Assembly (NCBI GenBank): GCA_030390025.1
Contig: CM059438.1
Span: 60,142,001 to 60,206,000, forward strand
Reading direction: 5' to 3'
Length of the DNA stretch: 64,000 bases
Source: Squalus acanthias
Lineage: Eukaryota
Shown here piece after piece: positions 1 through 12,500 of this stretch (the stretch's first letter is position 1; the number at the start of each line of letters is the position of its first letter). Position numbers and translations under genes: made by a program. The notes beneath the pieces were generated by a model that ran no database searches, was not told the DNA's origin, and saw nothing but the letters and a program-made list of their open reading frames with translations.

Positions 1-171
1 TTTCTGTGGCCAGCAAGTTTAAACATTTCTTCGAATTCCTCCAGTAAATTTGTTGGGCAAGCCCTTCTTCCCATAATTCCGTGCCCACTCCCTCTAACCC
101 TACCATATCCCAGTTGGCTCATCTGAGCTCAGACCCCAATTGAACAGTTAATTAGTGTTATAATCACTCAC

Positions 172-241
172 CGGCCCCAGCAGAATGGAGGGCGATCGCA
201 CACAACGCAGCCAACAGCACTAGAAGAGAAAGTGGCTTCAT
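172..241 (-). CDS. Exon 1 of a second gene copy (copy A) with an identical signal peptide; its remaining exons lie left of the window
   Basis: Same sequence as 45276-45345 except one synonymous Ala change (GCT/GCC); donor G|GTGAGT intact. Confidence 0.88.
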
Positions 242-264
242 TTTCCCGAGCTGAATGCCAAGTG

Positions 265-445
265 ATGAGCTGCACTCTCCTCCGGTCCTTTATATACCGT
301 CTTATCATCGCATCTCAGAATTGGTCCCAATCTCACTTTCCAAGAATCCCCTTGTCCATTGTCAGGACAATGCTCACCTGGTTGATAATCTGATTCCAGG
401 TAACGGCCGTGACAGATAGTAGAATGACAAACCTCAAATGAGTCA
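265..445 (-). promoter_or_regulatory. Proximal promoter, copy A: TATA 296-289, GAS motif 338-346, AP-1 439-445
   Basis: Near-identical to the copy B promoter. Confidence 0.65.
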
Positions 446-524
446 CCGCCTGTCTTTAAAGCATTCATTGTTATTTCATCTTTTATTACTAGAACTGATA
501 AACAAATGAAGATTGCCGATGCTC

Positions 525-942
525 ATTGGAGTTTAGAAGAATGAGCGGTGATCTTCTTGAAACGTATAAGATTCTGAGGGGGCTTGACAAGGTAGATGCA
601 GGTAGGATGTTTCCCCTTGGGGGGAATCGAGAACTGGGGGCATAGTTTCAGAATAAGGGGTCGCCCCTTTAAAATGGAGATGAGGAGGAATTTCTTCTCT
701 CAGAGGGTTGTGAATCTTTTGAATTCTCTACCCCAGAGAGCTGTGGTGGCTGGGTTATTAAATATATTTAAGGTGGAGATAGACAGATTTTTGAACGATA
801 AGGGAGTCAAGGATTATGGCGAGTGGGCAGGAAAGTGGAGTTGAGGCCAAGACCAGATCAGCCATGATCATATCGAATGGCGGAGCAGGCTCGAGGGACA
901 AATGGCCTACTCCTGCTCCTATTTCTAATGTTCTTATGTTCT
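525..942 (+). mobile_element. CR1-type LINE 3' fragment
   Basis: ORF2 C-terminal motif GHSFRIRG..F..EMRRNFFSQRVVNL.NSLP and a ttcttatg-repeat tail. Confidence 0.9.
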
Positions 943-949
943 TATTGCT

Positions 950-2303
950 GCATATCCGAGAGAGTCCCAATGTGAGTCACACAATGAGATCGATAAATTC
1001 TAGGGAGCAGGGCTGGTGAGGACAAAAGGGGAAGTCAGTGGGGAAAATAATTCAATGTTTATGATTACTTCAAACACCGGGTGCAAAGAGATGATGGACC
1101 TCTTTGTCTTCAAGATTGAGACCATCTCCACAGCTGACTCTGCCAATTCTCCCCTTTCTCTCCTTCTTGCTCCTGACTTTCCCCACACTCCGCAACCCTG
1201 TACAGCCCAGATCCCCATTACTCTGCAGCTTCTCTCCATCTCTCCCATGCCCGTCTCTAGAACCCTACTCCACTCTTGACCACTCAACTCTTGGCCACTC
1301 AATGTTTGCTCCTGGACCCCATGCTAGTGGACATTGTTAACAGCGCCTATTCCTTAGGAAACATTGGCCCAAAAATTAGTGAGGGAGCCTTCGTGCGGGG
1401 GTAAGGCTTCCCCGCGATATCTCACTGCGCGCCGGCTTTTTCATTCCCAGCTCGCACGAACTTGATGTTCTAGACATCAGCTGGGCAGTGCTTGCGTATC
1501 CCACAGGCGCAGTTAATTCGTGCGAGCTGTGGGATCACGTGATTCAGTTAGAGCCAATGGCAGCACACCATCTTTCATTCATAGTTTTCACAATCAAGTG
1601 CTGTGAAAGCTATGAATCTATACCCCCCCAAAAGAACAGCTAAACCTCAATTAAATTAAAAAAAAACCATCACATTAATAAAATAAGTATAGTTAAATAA
1701 ATTAACCACTTTAAACAAAAAATAAAATTTTTGAAAAAATTTAAAATCTTTTAAAAAGTTATAAAAATAAACTTACCTTTCTTTAAAGTCTCTAAAAAAG
1801 ATATACCTGTTGAAAATAATTCAAAATAATACTTAATTAACTACTTACCTTGTTAAAAGAGGGTCTTACGCCTCCTTTCTTTATGTGTAAAATCTTCCAT
1901 GCTTACCTGCGGGTTCAAAGCACTAAGTGCACTGCGTGCGCGCAGCCTGTAGCGCGCACGCGGTTCACTTAGGAACCGCCCCCTTTTGAAATCACCAAGT
2001 GCCGGTTTTCAGCGCATGCGCAGTGCATGCAGAAAACCGGCAATTGGAGACAGAATACGCGAGAGTACACAGTGCGCACTCTCGCGTAGAGGCACTAATT
2101 TTTGGGCCATTGTTTCCCCTTTCAAAACTGCCACCATCAGCCCCTCCTCAGAAAACCAAGCTTGACCCCATCGGTGCTCTCCAACAAGTGACCCATCTCT
2201 AACCTCCCTTTCCTCTGTTAGATTGTCGAATACATTATCACCTCCCAACTCCATGCTCGTCTCCCTCAATACAGTCTGTATGAATCTATCCAGTATGTTT
2301 TCC
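950..2303 (+). mobile_element. Degenerate L2-type LINE fragment, interrupted by a MITE and truncated by a deletion
   Basis: Paralogous to 46055-46663, which continues into recognisable RT motifs. Confidence 0.6.
1366..2108. mobile_element. Non-autonomous DNA transposon (MITE, 743 bp), PIF/Harbinger-like
   Basis: Perfect 16-bp TIR GGCCCAAAAATTAGTG...CACTAATTTTTGGGCC; ATT duplicated at 1363-1365 and 2109-2111; empty site aaacATTgtttc in copy B at ~46468; second copy at 25080. Confidence 0.93.
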
Positions 2304-3084
2304 ATCTTGCTCCAGGGAGCCTGCAATGATAATGCAGGAAGGGTTAGCGTGCAGCGCATGTGGCCACGAGAGGAGGATGTGTATGATGAGATAGGGAGGT
2401 TGGGAGTGAGTATAGCTTTGGGTGATTACGGATAAGGAATAGTTCAGCATCTGCAAGGAAGCTGCAGTGGCCACATACCTCTATGCGAGACGCCCCTGCT
2501 CTGCCTCTGGTCACGGGGTCTGCCACTCCCCTCCCGATCACGGCTAACACTGCCTCCTCAAGGGAGTGATCTCCTGAATTTGTGCTTCCCCTCCCCTGGT
2601 CGGGTCCTGCTGCCGCCTGTTATGTGCTAATATTTCCTGGAAGAGAATGAGTGGTGATTGTGAATGAGTGTATTGGCAGCAACCAGGCCATTCACAGTTT
2701 CACGCAAAACTTTACATTGAAAAACCCGGCCCTGGGCTGCTTGTGTGTGTGTGATGCCTCACATGGTTGAAGAGCTGCGAGATGTGTCTGAGGTATGAGT
2801 AGTGCCTGTGAAGGATGCAATAGTGGCGGGGGGGGGGGGGGCGGGGTGTGAATGTCAGTGTATAGTTCGATGGCAGATGAAGTGTGTTGCGGTTGTGATG
2901 CTGGTGGTGGCGGTGCAATTATTGAGAAGTCTGCTTATGAGATGGGACCTTATCTTGACCACTCGTGTCAAGTCATTAAACTTCTTGCAGCACTGGAGCC
3001 TATCCTAAGGCCAGGGCTCCTGGCTGTGACCACCCGGGCGATCTCTTCCCACATGTGCTGCATTAGCTGCCTCCGTGGCCTCCT

Positions 3085-5232
3085 TATTAAGAACATAAGA
3101 TAAGATCATAAGAAATAGGAGCAGGATTAGGCCACTTGGCCCCTCGAGCCTGCTCCGCCATTCAATAAGATCATGGCTGATCTTGGGCTCAAAGCCAATT
3201 CCCCACCCGCTCCCCATAACCCTTTAGTTCTTTATCTTGCAAAAATCTGTCTATCTCCACCTTAAATGTATTTAATGATCCAGCCTCCACAGCTCTCTGG
3301 GGCAGAGAATTCCACAGATTTACGACCCTCTGAGAGAAGAAATTCTTCCTCATCTCAGTTCTAAAAGGGCGACCCTTTATTCTGAAACTGTGCCCCCGAG
3401 TTCTAGATTTCCCCACGAGGGGAAACATCCTCTCTGCATCTACCTTGTCGAGCCCCCTCAGTATCTTATATGTTTCAATAAGATCACCTCTCATCCTTCT
3501 AAATTCCAATGAGTATAGGCCCAGCCTGCTCAATCTTTCTTCATAAGTCAACCCCCTCATCTCTGGAATTAACCTAGTGAATCGTCTCTGAACTGCCTCC
3601 AATGCAAGTATATCCTTCCTTAAATAAGGAGACCAAAACTACGCAGTACTCAAGGTGTGGTCTCACCAATACCCTGTACAGTTGTAGCAGGACTTCCCTG
3701 TTTTTATACTCCAACCCCCTTGAAATAAAGGCCAACATTCCATTTGCCTTTTTGATTACTTGCTGTACCTGTATGCTAACTTTCTGTGTTTCATGCACAA
3801 GGACCCCCAGGTCCCTCTGAACTGTAACATTTTGTAATCTCTCTCCATTTAAATAATAATTTGCTTTTTTATTTTTCCTGCCAAAATGTATAACCTCACA
3901 CTTTCCCAAATTATACTCCATCTGCCAAATGTTTGCCCACTCACTTAGCCTGTCTATATCCCTTTGCAGATTCTTTGAGTCCTCTGCACAACTTGCTTTC
4001 CCACCCATCTTTGTATCATCCGCAAACTTGGCTACATTACACTTGATCCCTTCATCCAAGTTATTAATGTAGATTGTAAATAGTTGAGGCCCCAGCACCG
4101 ATCCCTGTGGCACCCCACTAGTTACCGTTTGCCAACCGGAAAATGACCCATTTGCCCCGACTCGCTGCTTTCTGTTAGTTAGCCAATTCTCTATCCATGC
4201 TAATATATTACCCCCAATTCCGTGAGCTCTTATCTTATGCAGTAACCTTTTATGTGGCACCTTATCGAATGCCTTCTGGAAATCCAAATATACCACATCT
4301 ACTGGTTCACCTTTGTCCACCCTGCTCGTTACATAGAAACATAGAAGATAGGAGCAGGAGTAGGCCATTTGGCCCCTCGAACCTGTTCCGCCATTTAATG
4401 AGATCATTACATCCTCAAAGAACTCCAGCAAATTTGTTAAACATGATTTCCCTTTCATAAAACCATGCTGACTCTGCCTGACTGCATTATGATTTTCCAA
4501 ATGCCCTGCTACTGCTTCCTTAATGAAGGACTCCAGCATTTTCCCAATGACAGATGTTAGGCTAACTGGTCTATAGTTTCCTGCTTTCTCTCTCCCTCCT
4601 TTCTTAAATAGGGGTGTTACATTTGCGGTTTTCCAATCCGCTGGGACCTCTCCAGAGTCCAGGGAATTTTGGTATATTGCAACTAATGCATCCACTATCT
4701 CTGCAGCCACTTCTTTTAAGACCCTGGGATGCAGCCACATCTGGTCCAGGGGACTTGTCGCCTTTTAGTCCCATTATTTACCAAGTGCTATTTCCCTTGT
4801 GATAGTGATTGTCATTAGTTCCCCCCTCCCTGTGGCCCCTTGATTATCCATTTTTGGGATGTTGTTAGTGTCTTCTACCGTGAAGACAGATGCAAAATAT
4901 TTGTTCAGAGTCTCTGACATTTCCCCGTTCTCCATTATTCATTCCCCAGTCTCATCCTTTAAGGGACCAACATTTACTTTAGCTACCCTCTTCCTTTTTA
5001 TATACCTGTAGAAGCTCTTACTATCTGCTTTAATGTTTCTTGCCAGTTTTCTCTCATAATTTATCTTCTCTCTCTATTTTTTTAGTGATCCTTTGCAGGT
5101 TTTTAAAAGATTCCCAATCCTCTGATCTCCCACCAATCTTGGCAACATTGTATTCCTTCGTTGTCAATTTGATACCATCCTTTACTTCCTTAGTTAGCCA
5201 TGGATGGTGCTCCCTTCTCTTAAAATCTTTCT
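3085..5232 (-). mobile_element. 5'-truncated CR1-type LINE with frameshifted RT ORF2, present only in copy A
   Basis: ORFs 3574-4740 and 3189-3602 carry NYRPVSLTS, QHGF, YLDFQKAFDKVPH, GVPQGSVLGP and FADD; 3' tail at ~3085; absent at ~48635 in copy B. Confidence 0.96.
4335..4406 (-). mobile_element. Nested CR1 3'-tail micro-insertion with TTACAT target duplication
   Basis: TTACAT at 4329-4334 and 4407-4412; the insert resembles the CR1 tail at 3100-3180. Confidence 0.88.
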
Positions 5233-6545
5233 TTCTCACTGTAGACAGAGGACATCACTCCTCCTCTCTACCTCCCCCACCAGGACCTCCAGTGCCACAT
5301 CAGAGAAGCTGTGCACCCTCCAAACTTGCTCGTTGTGACATCCTTCCACTCCCAGCCATCGCACTCCACACCTTCAGCGGAAGTGGGTGAGTGCAGGCGA
5401 CATATACAGCTCCAGGAAAATTGCATCTATTCAGCACTTGAGTGTTAAACCTGCGGGTTTCTGGTTAGTGCCTGCAGGCCCGTTCAAATCACAATTATCC
5501 GATTAGCACAGCACCCATTTAGCGCCTGTTGTGACCCTTTGGCCAAAATAACCCCCTTTCACTTCGAAAACACAGGCGGAACCATCTTGTGCGACAGTGT
5601 TCTGGTGAGCTGGATCAGTGTCCAAAGAAGAACAGAGTTTCCATATATTACTCTAGAATATCGAGGTGCAGTGTCTGCAATCGATGTTTCACATGAAAAG
5701 ACATTGAACGATGCTCATTAACATCATTCCTTACAGAACACTTGTTACATTGTTGTCTTTGATTGCAAATTAGTTGAAAACTTGATAATAAAAATTACAA
5801 AGAAGCTTTGGCCGTTTTCTCAGCGCCCCTTTAAGGGCCGCTGGTTCGGCCGCTCAACGCCGGTACAAGTGGACGGAGCCAGTCCAGCGCCGATTTGCCC
5901 GTTTGTGACACATCATCGCAATCAGGGTTCTGTGTACGTCACAGGACCCCGATTTGCAAATTAAAAGTGGCCTCTCACCACGTACAGACAGACGGGACGT
6001 CTGCCCATCTCAGGACGCTAGCCAGGGTGGCGGCCGGAACACCAGCGGAAACCGGGCGGGAAGTGACACAACACCATTTTCAGGCTGTTACCGTCCCTTT
6101 TACACCAGGCGGGGCCCTTCAAATAGGCCACTCTGTCTTGTGGAAATACATTGCAAAGATCCCACATTCAAGCCCAATACAAGGAGGCCTGAGTCCATTC
6201 CATGGGTCACACCGATCAGTGAGGTACAGACACGTACTCACTGCACACAACTGTGAGGAAATGGCGTGACAATTGCTCATTAATTAATCTAATCTCACTT
6301 TTCCCAGTAAACGCTGGTCCATTGTTGGGAAGCAGGTGCTCGAGCTGTCAATCTGATTTCCAGTTAATGACAGTTACAGATAACAGAAATGCAAATCTCC
6401 CATTAGTCAAACCACCTCATAAACTACAGGAGTTCAATTATTAAAGGAAGAATCCATTCTTAGTTTTTTCTGTTAAATTCTGATTGCTTAAAAAACATAA
6501 TTTTACTGAAAACTTTTTGAATAACAGCAACAAAAAAAACCAGCA

Positions 6546-9500
6546 GTCGGTGCACTAGATGTGTACAATAAAGGGGCGGTCAGTTATTAAACTAGCTGTG
6601 TGTACACTAGATGTGTACAGTAATGGGGCAGTGAGTTATTAAGGTATCAGTGTGCATTTGATGTGAACAGTAATCGGGCAGTGAGGTATTAAGGTATCTG
6701 TGTGTCCACTAGATGTGTACAGTAATGGGGCAGTGAGTTATTAAGGTATCTGTGTGTCCACTAGATGTGTACAGTAATGGGGCAGTGAGGTATTAAGGTA
6801 TCTGTGTGTGCATTAGATGTGTACAGAAATGGGACAGTGAGTTATTAAGGTATATGTGTGTGCACTAGACGTGTAGAGTAATGGGGCAGAGAGATATGAA
6901 GGTATCTGTGTGTGCACTAGATGTGTACAATAATGGGGCGGTGAGTTCTAAATGTATCTGTGTGTGCACTAGATGTGTACAGTAATGGGGCAGTGAGTTA
7001 TTGAGGCATCCGTGTGTGCACTAGATGTGTACTGTAATGGGGCAGTGAATTATTAATGTATCTGTGTGCACTAGATGTGTACTGTAATGGGGCAGTGAGT
7101 TATTAAGGTATTTCTGTGTGTGCTAGATGTGTACAGTAATGGGGCAGTGAGTTATTAAGGTATCTGTGTGTGCACTAGATGTGTACAGTAATGGGGCAGT
7201 GAGTTATTCAGGTATCTGTGTATGCACTAGATGTGTACAGTAACAGACAGTGAGTTATTAAGGAATCTGGGTGTGTACTAGATGTGTACAGTAATGGGGC
7301 AGTGAGTTATTAAGGTATCTGTGTGTGTACCAGATGTGTACAGTAATGGGGCAGTGAGTTATTCAGGTATCCGTGTATGCACTAGATGTGTACAGTAACA
7401 GACAGTGAGTTATTAAGGAATCTGGGTGTGTACTAGATGTGTACAGTAATGGGGCAGTGAGTTATTAAGGTATCTGTGTGTGTACCAGATGTGTACAGTA
7501 ATTGGGGCAGTCAATTATTAAGGAATCTGTGTGTGAGCACTAGATGTGTGCAGTAATGGGGCAGTGAGTTATTAAGGTATCTGTGTGTGCACTAGATGTG
7601 TACAGTAATGGGGCAGTGAGTTTCAAGGTATCTGTGTGTGCACTAGATGTGTACAGTAATGGGGCAGTGAGTTTTTATGCTATCTGTGTGCACTAGATGT
7701 GTACAGTAATGGGGCAGTGAGTTATTAAGGTATCTGCTTGACCACTAGATGTGTAGAGTAATGGGGCAGTGAGTTTCAAGGTATCTGTGTGTGCACTGGA
7801 TGTGTACAGTAATGGGGCAGTGCGTTATTAAGGAATCTGTGTGTGTACTAGATGTGTACAGTAATGGGGCAGTCAGTTATTAATGTATCTGTGTGTGTAC
7901 TAGATGTGTACAGTAATGGGTGAGTGATTTATTAAGGTATCTGTGTGTGCACTAGATGTGTACAGTAATGGTTAAGTGAGTTATTGAGGTATCTGTGTGT
8001 GCACTAGATGTGTACAGTAATGCGGCAGTGCGTTATTAAGGTATCTGTGTGTGCACTAGATGTGAACAGTAATGGGGCAGTGAGTTATTAAGGTTTCTGT
8101 GTATGTACGAGATGTGTGCCGTAATGGGGCAGTGAGTTATTAAGGTATCTGTGTGTACACTAGATGTGTACAGTAATGGGGCAGTGAGTTATTAAGGTAT
8201 CTGTGTGTACACTAGATGTGTACAGTAATGGGGCAGTCAGTTATTAAGGTATCTGTGTGTACACTAGATGTGTACAGTAATGGGGCAGTCAGTTATTAAG
8301 GTATCTGTGTGTGCACTAGATGTGTACAGTAATGGGGCAGTCAGTTATTAAGGTATCTGTGTGTGCACTAGATGTGTACAGTAATGGGGCAGTGAGTTAT
8401 TAAGGTATCAGTGTGCATTCGATGTGTACAGTAATGGGGCACTGAGTTATTAAGGTATCAGTGTGCATTTGATGTGAACAGTAATCGGGCAGTGAGGTAT
8501 TAAGGTATCAGTGTGCATTTGATGTGAACAGTAATCGGGCAGTGAGGTATTAAGGTATCTGTGTGTCCACTAGATTTGTACAGTAATGGGGCAGTGAGTT
8601 ATTAAGGTATCTGTGTGTCCACTAGATGTGTACAGTAATGGGGCAGTGAGTTATTAAGTTATCTGTGTGTGCACCAGATGTGTACATTAATGGGGCAGTG
8701 AGGTATTAAGGTATCTGTGTGTCCACTAGATGTGTATAGTAATGGGGCAGTGAGTTATTAAGGTATATGTGTGTGCATTAGATGTGTACAGAAATGGGAC
8801 AGTGAGTTATTAAGGTATATGTGTGTGCACTAGATGTGTAGAGTAATGGGGCAGAGAGATATTAAGGTATCTGTGTGTGCACTAGATGTGTACAATAATG
8901 GGGCTGTGAGCTTTAAGGTATCCGTGTGTGCATTAGATGTGTACAGTAATGGGGCGGTGAGTTCTAAATGTATCTGTGTGTGCACTAGATGTGTACAGTA
9001 ATGGGGCAGTGAGTTATTGAGGCATCCGTGTGTGCACTAGATGTGTACTGTAATGGGGCAGTGAATTATTAATGTATCTGTGTGCACTAGATGTGTACTG
9101 TAATGGGGCAGTGAGTTATTAAGGTATTTCTGTGTGTGCTAGATGTGTACAGTAATGGGGCAGTGAGTTATTAAGGTATCTGTGTGTGCACTAGATGTGT
9201 ACAGTAATGGGGCAGTGAGTTATTAAGGTATCTGTGTGTACACTAGATGTGTACAGTAATGGGGCAGTCAGTTATTAAGGTATCTGTGTGTGCACTAGAT
9301 GTGTACAGTAATGGGGCAGTCAGTTATTAAGGTATCTGTGTGTGCACTAGATGTGTACAGTAATGGGGCAGTGAGTTATTAAGGTATCAGTGTGCATTCG
9401 ATGTGTACAGTAATGGGGCACTGAGTTATTAAGGTATCAGTGTGCATTTGATGTGAACAGTAATGGGGCAGTGAGTTATTAAGGTATCAGTGTGCATTTG

Positions 9501-12500
9501 ATGTGAACAGTAATCGGGCAGTGAGGTATTAAGGTATCTGTGTGTCCACTAGATTTGTACAGTAATGGGGCAGTGAGTTATTAAGGTATCTGTGTGTCCA
9601 CTAGATGTGTACAGTAATGGGGCAGTGAGTTATTAAGTTATCTGTGTGTGCACCAGATGTGTACATTAATGGGGCAGTGAGGTATTAAGGTATCTGTGTG
9701 TGCATTAGATTTGTACAGTAATGGGGCGGTGAGTTCTAAATGTATCTGTGTGTGCACTAGATGTGTACAGTAATGGGGCAGTGAGTTATTGAGGCATCCG
9801 TGTGTGCACTAGATGTGTACTGTAATGGGGCAGTGAATTATTAATGTATCTGTGTGCACTAGATGTGTACTGTAATGGGGCAGTGAGTTATTAAGGTATT
9901 TCTGTGTGTGCTAGATGTGTACAGTAATGGGGCAGTGAGTTATTAAGGTATCTGTGTGTGCACTAGATGTGTACAGTAATGGGGCAGTGAGTTATTCAGG
10001 TATCTGTGTATGCACTAGATGTGTACAGTAACAGACAGTGAGTTATTAAGGAATCTGGGTGTGTACTAGATGTGTACAGTAATGGGGCAGTGAGTTATTA
10101 AGGTATCTGTGTGTGTACCAGATGTGTACAGTAATGGGGCAGTGAGTTATTCAGGTATCCGTGTATGCACTAGATGTGTACAGTAACAGACAGTGAGTTA
10201 TTAAGGAATCTGGGTGTATACTAGATGTGTACAGTAATGGGGCAGTGAGTTATTAAGTTATCTGTGTGTGTACCAGATGTGTACAGTAATTGGGGCAGTC
10301 AATTATTAAGGAATCTGTGTGTGAGCACTAGATGTGTGCAGTAATGGGGCAGTGAGTTATTAAGGTATCTGTGTGTGCACTAGATGTGTACAGTAATGGG
10401 GCAGTGAGTTTCAAGGTATCTGTGTGTGCACTAGATGTGTACAGTAATGGGGCAGTGAGTTTTTATGCTATCTGTGTGCACTAGATGTGTACAGTAATGG
10501 GGCAGTGAGTTATTAAGGTATCTGCTTGACCACTAGATGTGTAGAGTAATGGGGCAGTGAGTTTCAAGGTATCTGTGTGTGCACTGGATGTGTACAGTAA
10601 TGGGGCAGTGCGTTATTAAGGTATCTGTGTGTGTACTAGATGTGTACAGTAATGGGGCAGTCAGTTATTAACGTATCTGTGTGTGTACTAGATGTGTACA
10701 GTAATGGGTGAGTGATTTATTAAGGTATCTGTGTGTGCACTAGATGTGTACAGTAATGGTTAAGTGAGTTATTGAGGTATCTGTGTGTGCACTAGATGTG
10801 TACAGTAATGCGGCAGTGCGTTATTAAGGTATCTGTGTGTGCACTAGATGTGAACAGTAATGGGGCAGTGAGTTATTAAGGTTTCTGTGTATGTACGAGA
10901 TGTGTGCAGTAATGGGGCAGTGAGTTATTAAGGTATCTGTGTGTACACTAGATGTGTACAGTAATGGGGCAGTGAGTTATTAAGGTATCTGTGTGTACAC
11001 TAGATGTGTACAGTAATGGGGCAGTCAGTTATTAAGGTATCTGTGTGTGCACTAGATGTGTACAGTAATGGGGCAGTCAGTTATTAAGGTATCTGTGTGT
11101 GCACTAGATGTGTACAGTAATGGGGCAGTGAGTTATTAAGGTATCAGTGTGCATTCGATGTGTACAGTAATGGGGCACTGAGTTATTAAGGTATCAGTGT
11201 GCATTTGATGTGAACAGTAATCGGGCAGTGAGGTATTAAGGTATCAGTGTGCATTTGATGTGAACAGTAATCGGGCAGTGAGGTATTAAGGTATCTGTGT
11301 GTCCACTAGATTTGTACAGTAATGGGGCAGTGAGTTATTAAGGTATCTGTGTGTCCACTAGATGTGTACAGTAATGGGGCAGTGAGTTATTAAGTTATCT
11401 GTGTGTGCACCAGATGTGTACATTAATGGGGCAGTGAGGTATTAAGGTATCTGTGTGTCCACTAGATGTGTATAGTAATGGGGCAGTGAGTTATTAAGGT
11501 ATATGTGTGTGCATTAGATGTGTACAGAAATGGGACAGTGAGTTATTAAGGTATATGTGTGTGCACTAGACGTGTAGAGTAATGGGGCAGAGAGATATTA
11601 AGGTATCTGTGTGTGCACTAGATGTGTACAGTAATGGGGCAGTGAGTTATTGAGGCATCCGTGTGTGCACTAGATGTGTACTGTAATGGGGCAGTGAATT
11701 ATTAATGTATCTGTGTGCACTAGATGTGTACTGTAATGGGGCAGTGAGTTATTAAGGTATTTCTGTGTGTGCTAGATGTGTACAGTAATGGGGCAGTGAG
11801 TTATTAAGGTATCTGTGTGTGCACTAGATGTGTACAGTAATGGGGCAGTGAGTTATTAAGGTATCTGTGTGTACACTAGATGTGTACAGTAATGGGGCAG
11901 TGAGTTATTAAGGTATCTGTGTGTGCACTAGATGTGTACAGTAATGGGGCAGTCAGTTATTAAGGTATCTGTGTGTGCACTAGATGTGTACAGTAATGGG
12001 GCAGTGAGTTATTAAGGTATCAGTGTGCATTCGATGTGTACAGTAATGGGGCACTGAGTTGTTAAGGTATCAGTGTGCATTTGATGTGAACAGTAATGGG
12101 GCAGTGAGTTATTAAGGTATCAGTGTGCATTTGATGTGAACAGTAATCGGGCAGTGAGGTATTAAGGTATCTGTGTGTCCACTAGATTTGTACAGTAATG
12201 GGGCAGTGAGTTATTAAGGTATCTGTGTGTCCACTAGATGTGTACAGTAATGGGGCAGTGAGTTATTAAGTTATCTGTGTGTGCACCAGATGTGTACATT
12301 AATGGGGCAGTGAGGTATTAAGGTATCTGTGTGTGCATTAGATTTGTACAGTAATGGGGCGGTGAGTTCTAAATGTATCTGTGTGTGCACTAGATGTGTA
12401 CAGTAATGGGGCAGTGAGTTATTGAGGCATCCGTGTGTGCACTAGATGTGTACTGTAATGGGGCAGTGAATTATTAATGTATCTGTGTGCACTAGATGTG

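Larger units (their letters stand above)
2304..5557 (-). mobile_element. Harbinger-type transposon remnant (Myb/SANT-like gene), split by a CR1 insertion
   Basis: Paralogous to 47860-49010. Confidence 0.6.
1..6560 (+). repeat. Segmental duplication, copy A of the non-satellite part (paralogous to 45105-50010)
   Basis: Collinear near-identical sequence and matching ORF translations; differs by transposon insertions and deletions. Confidence 0.97.
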
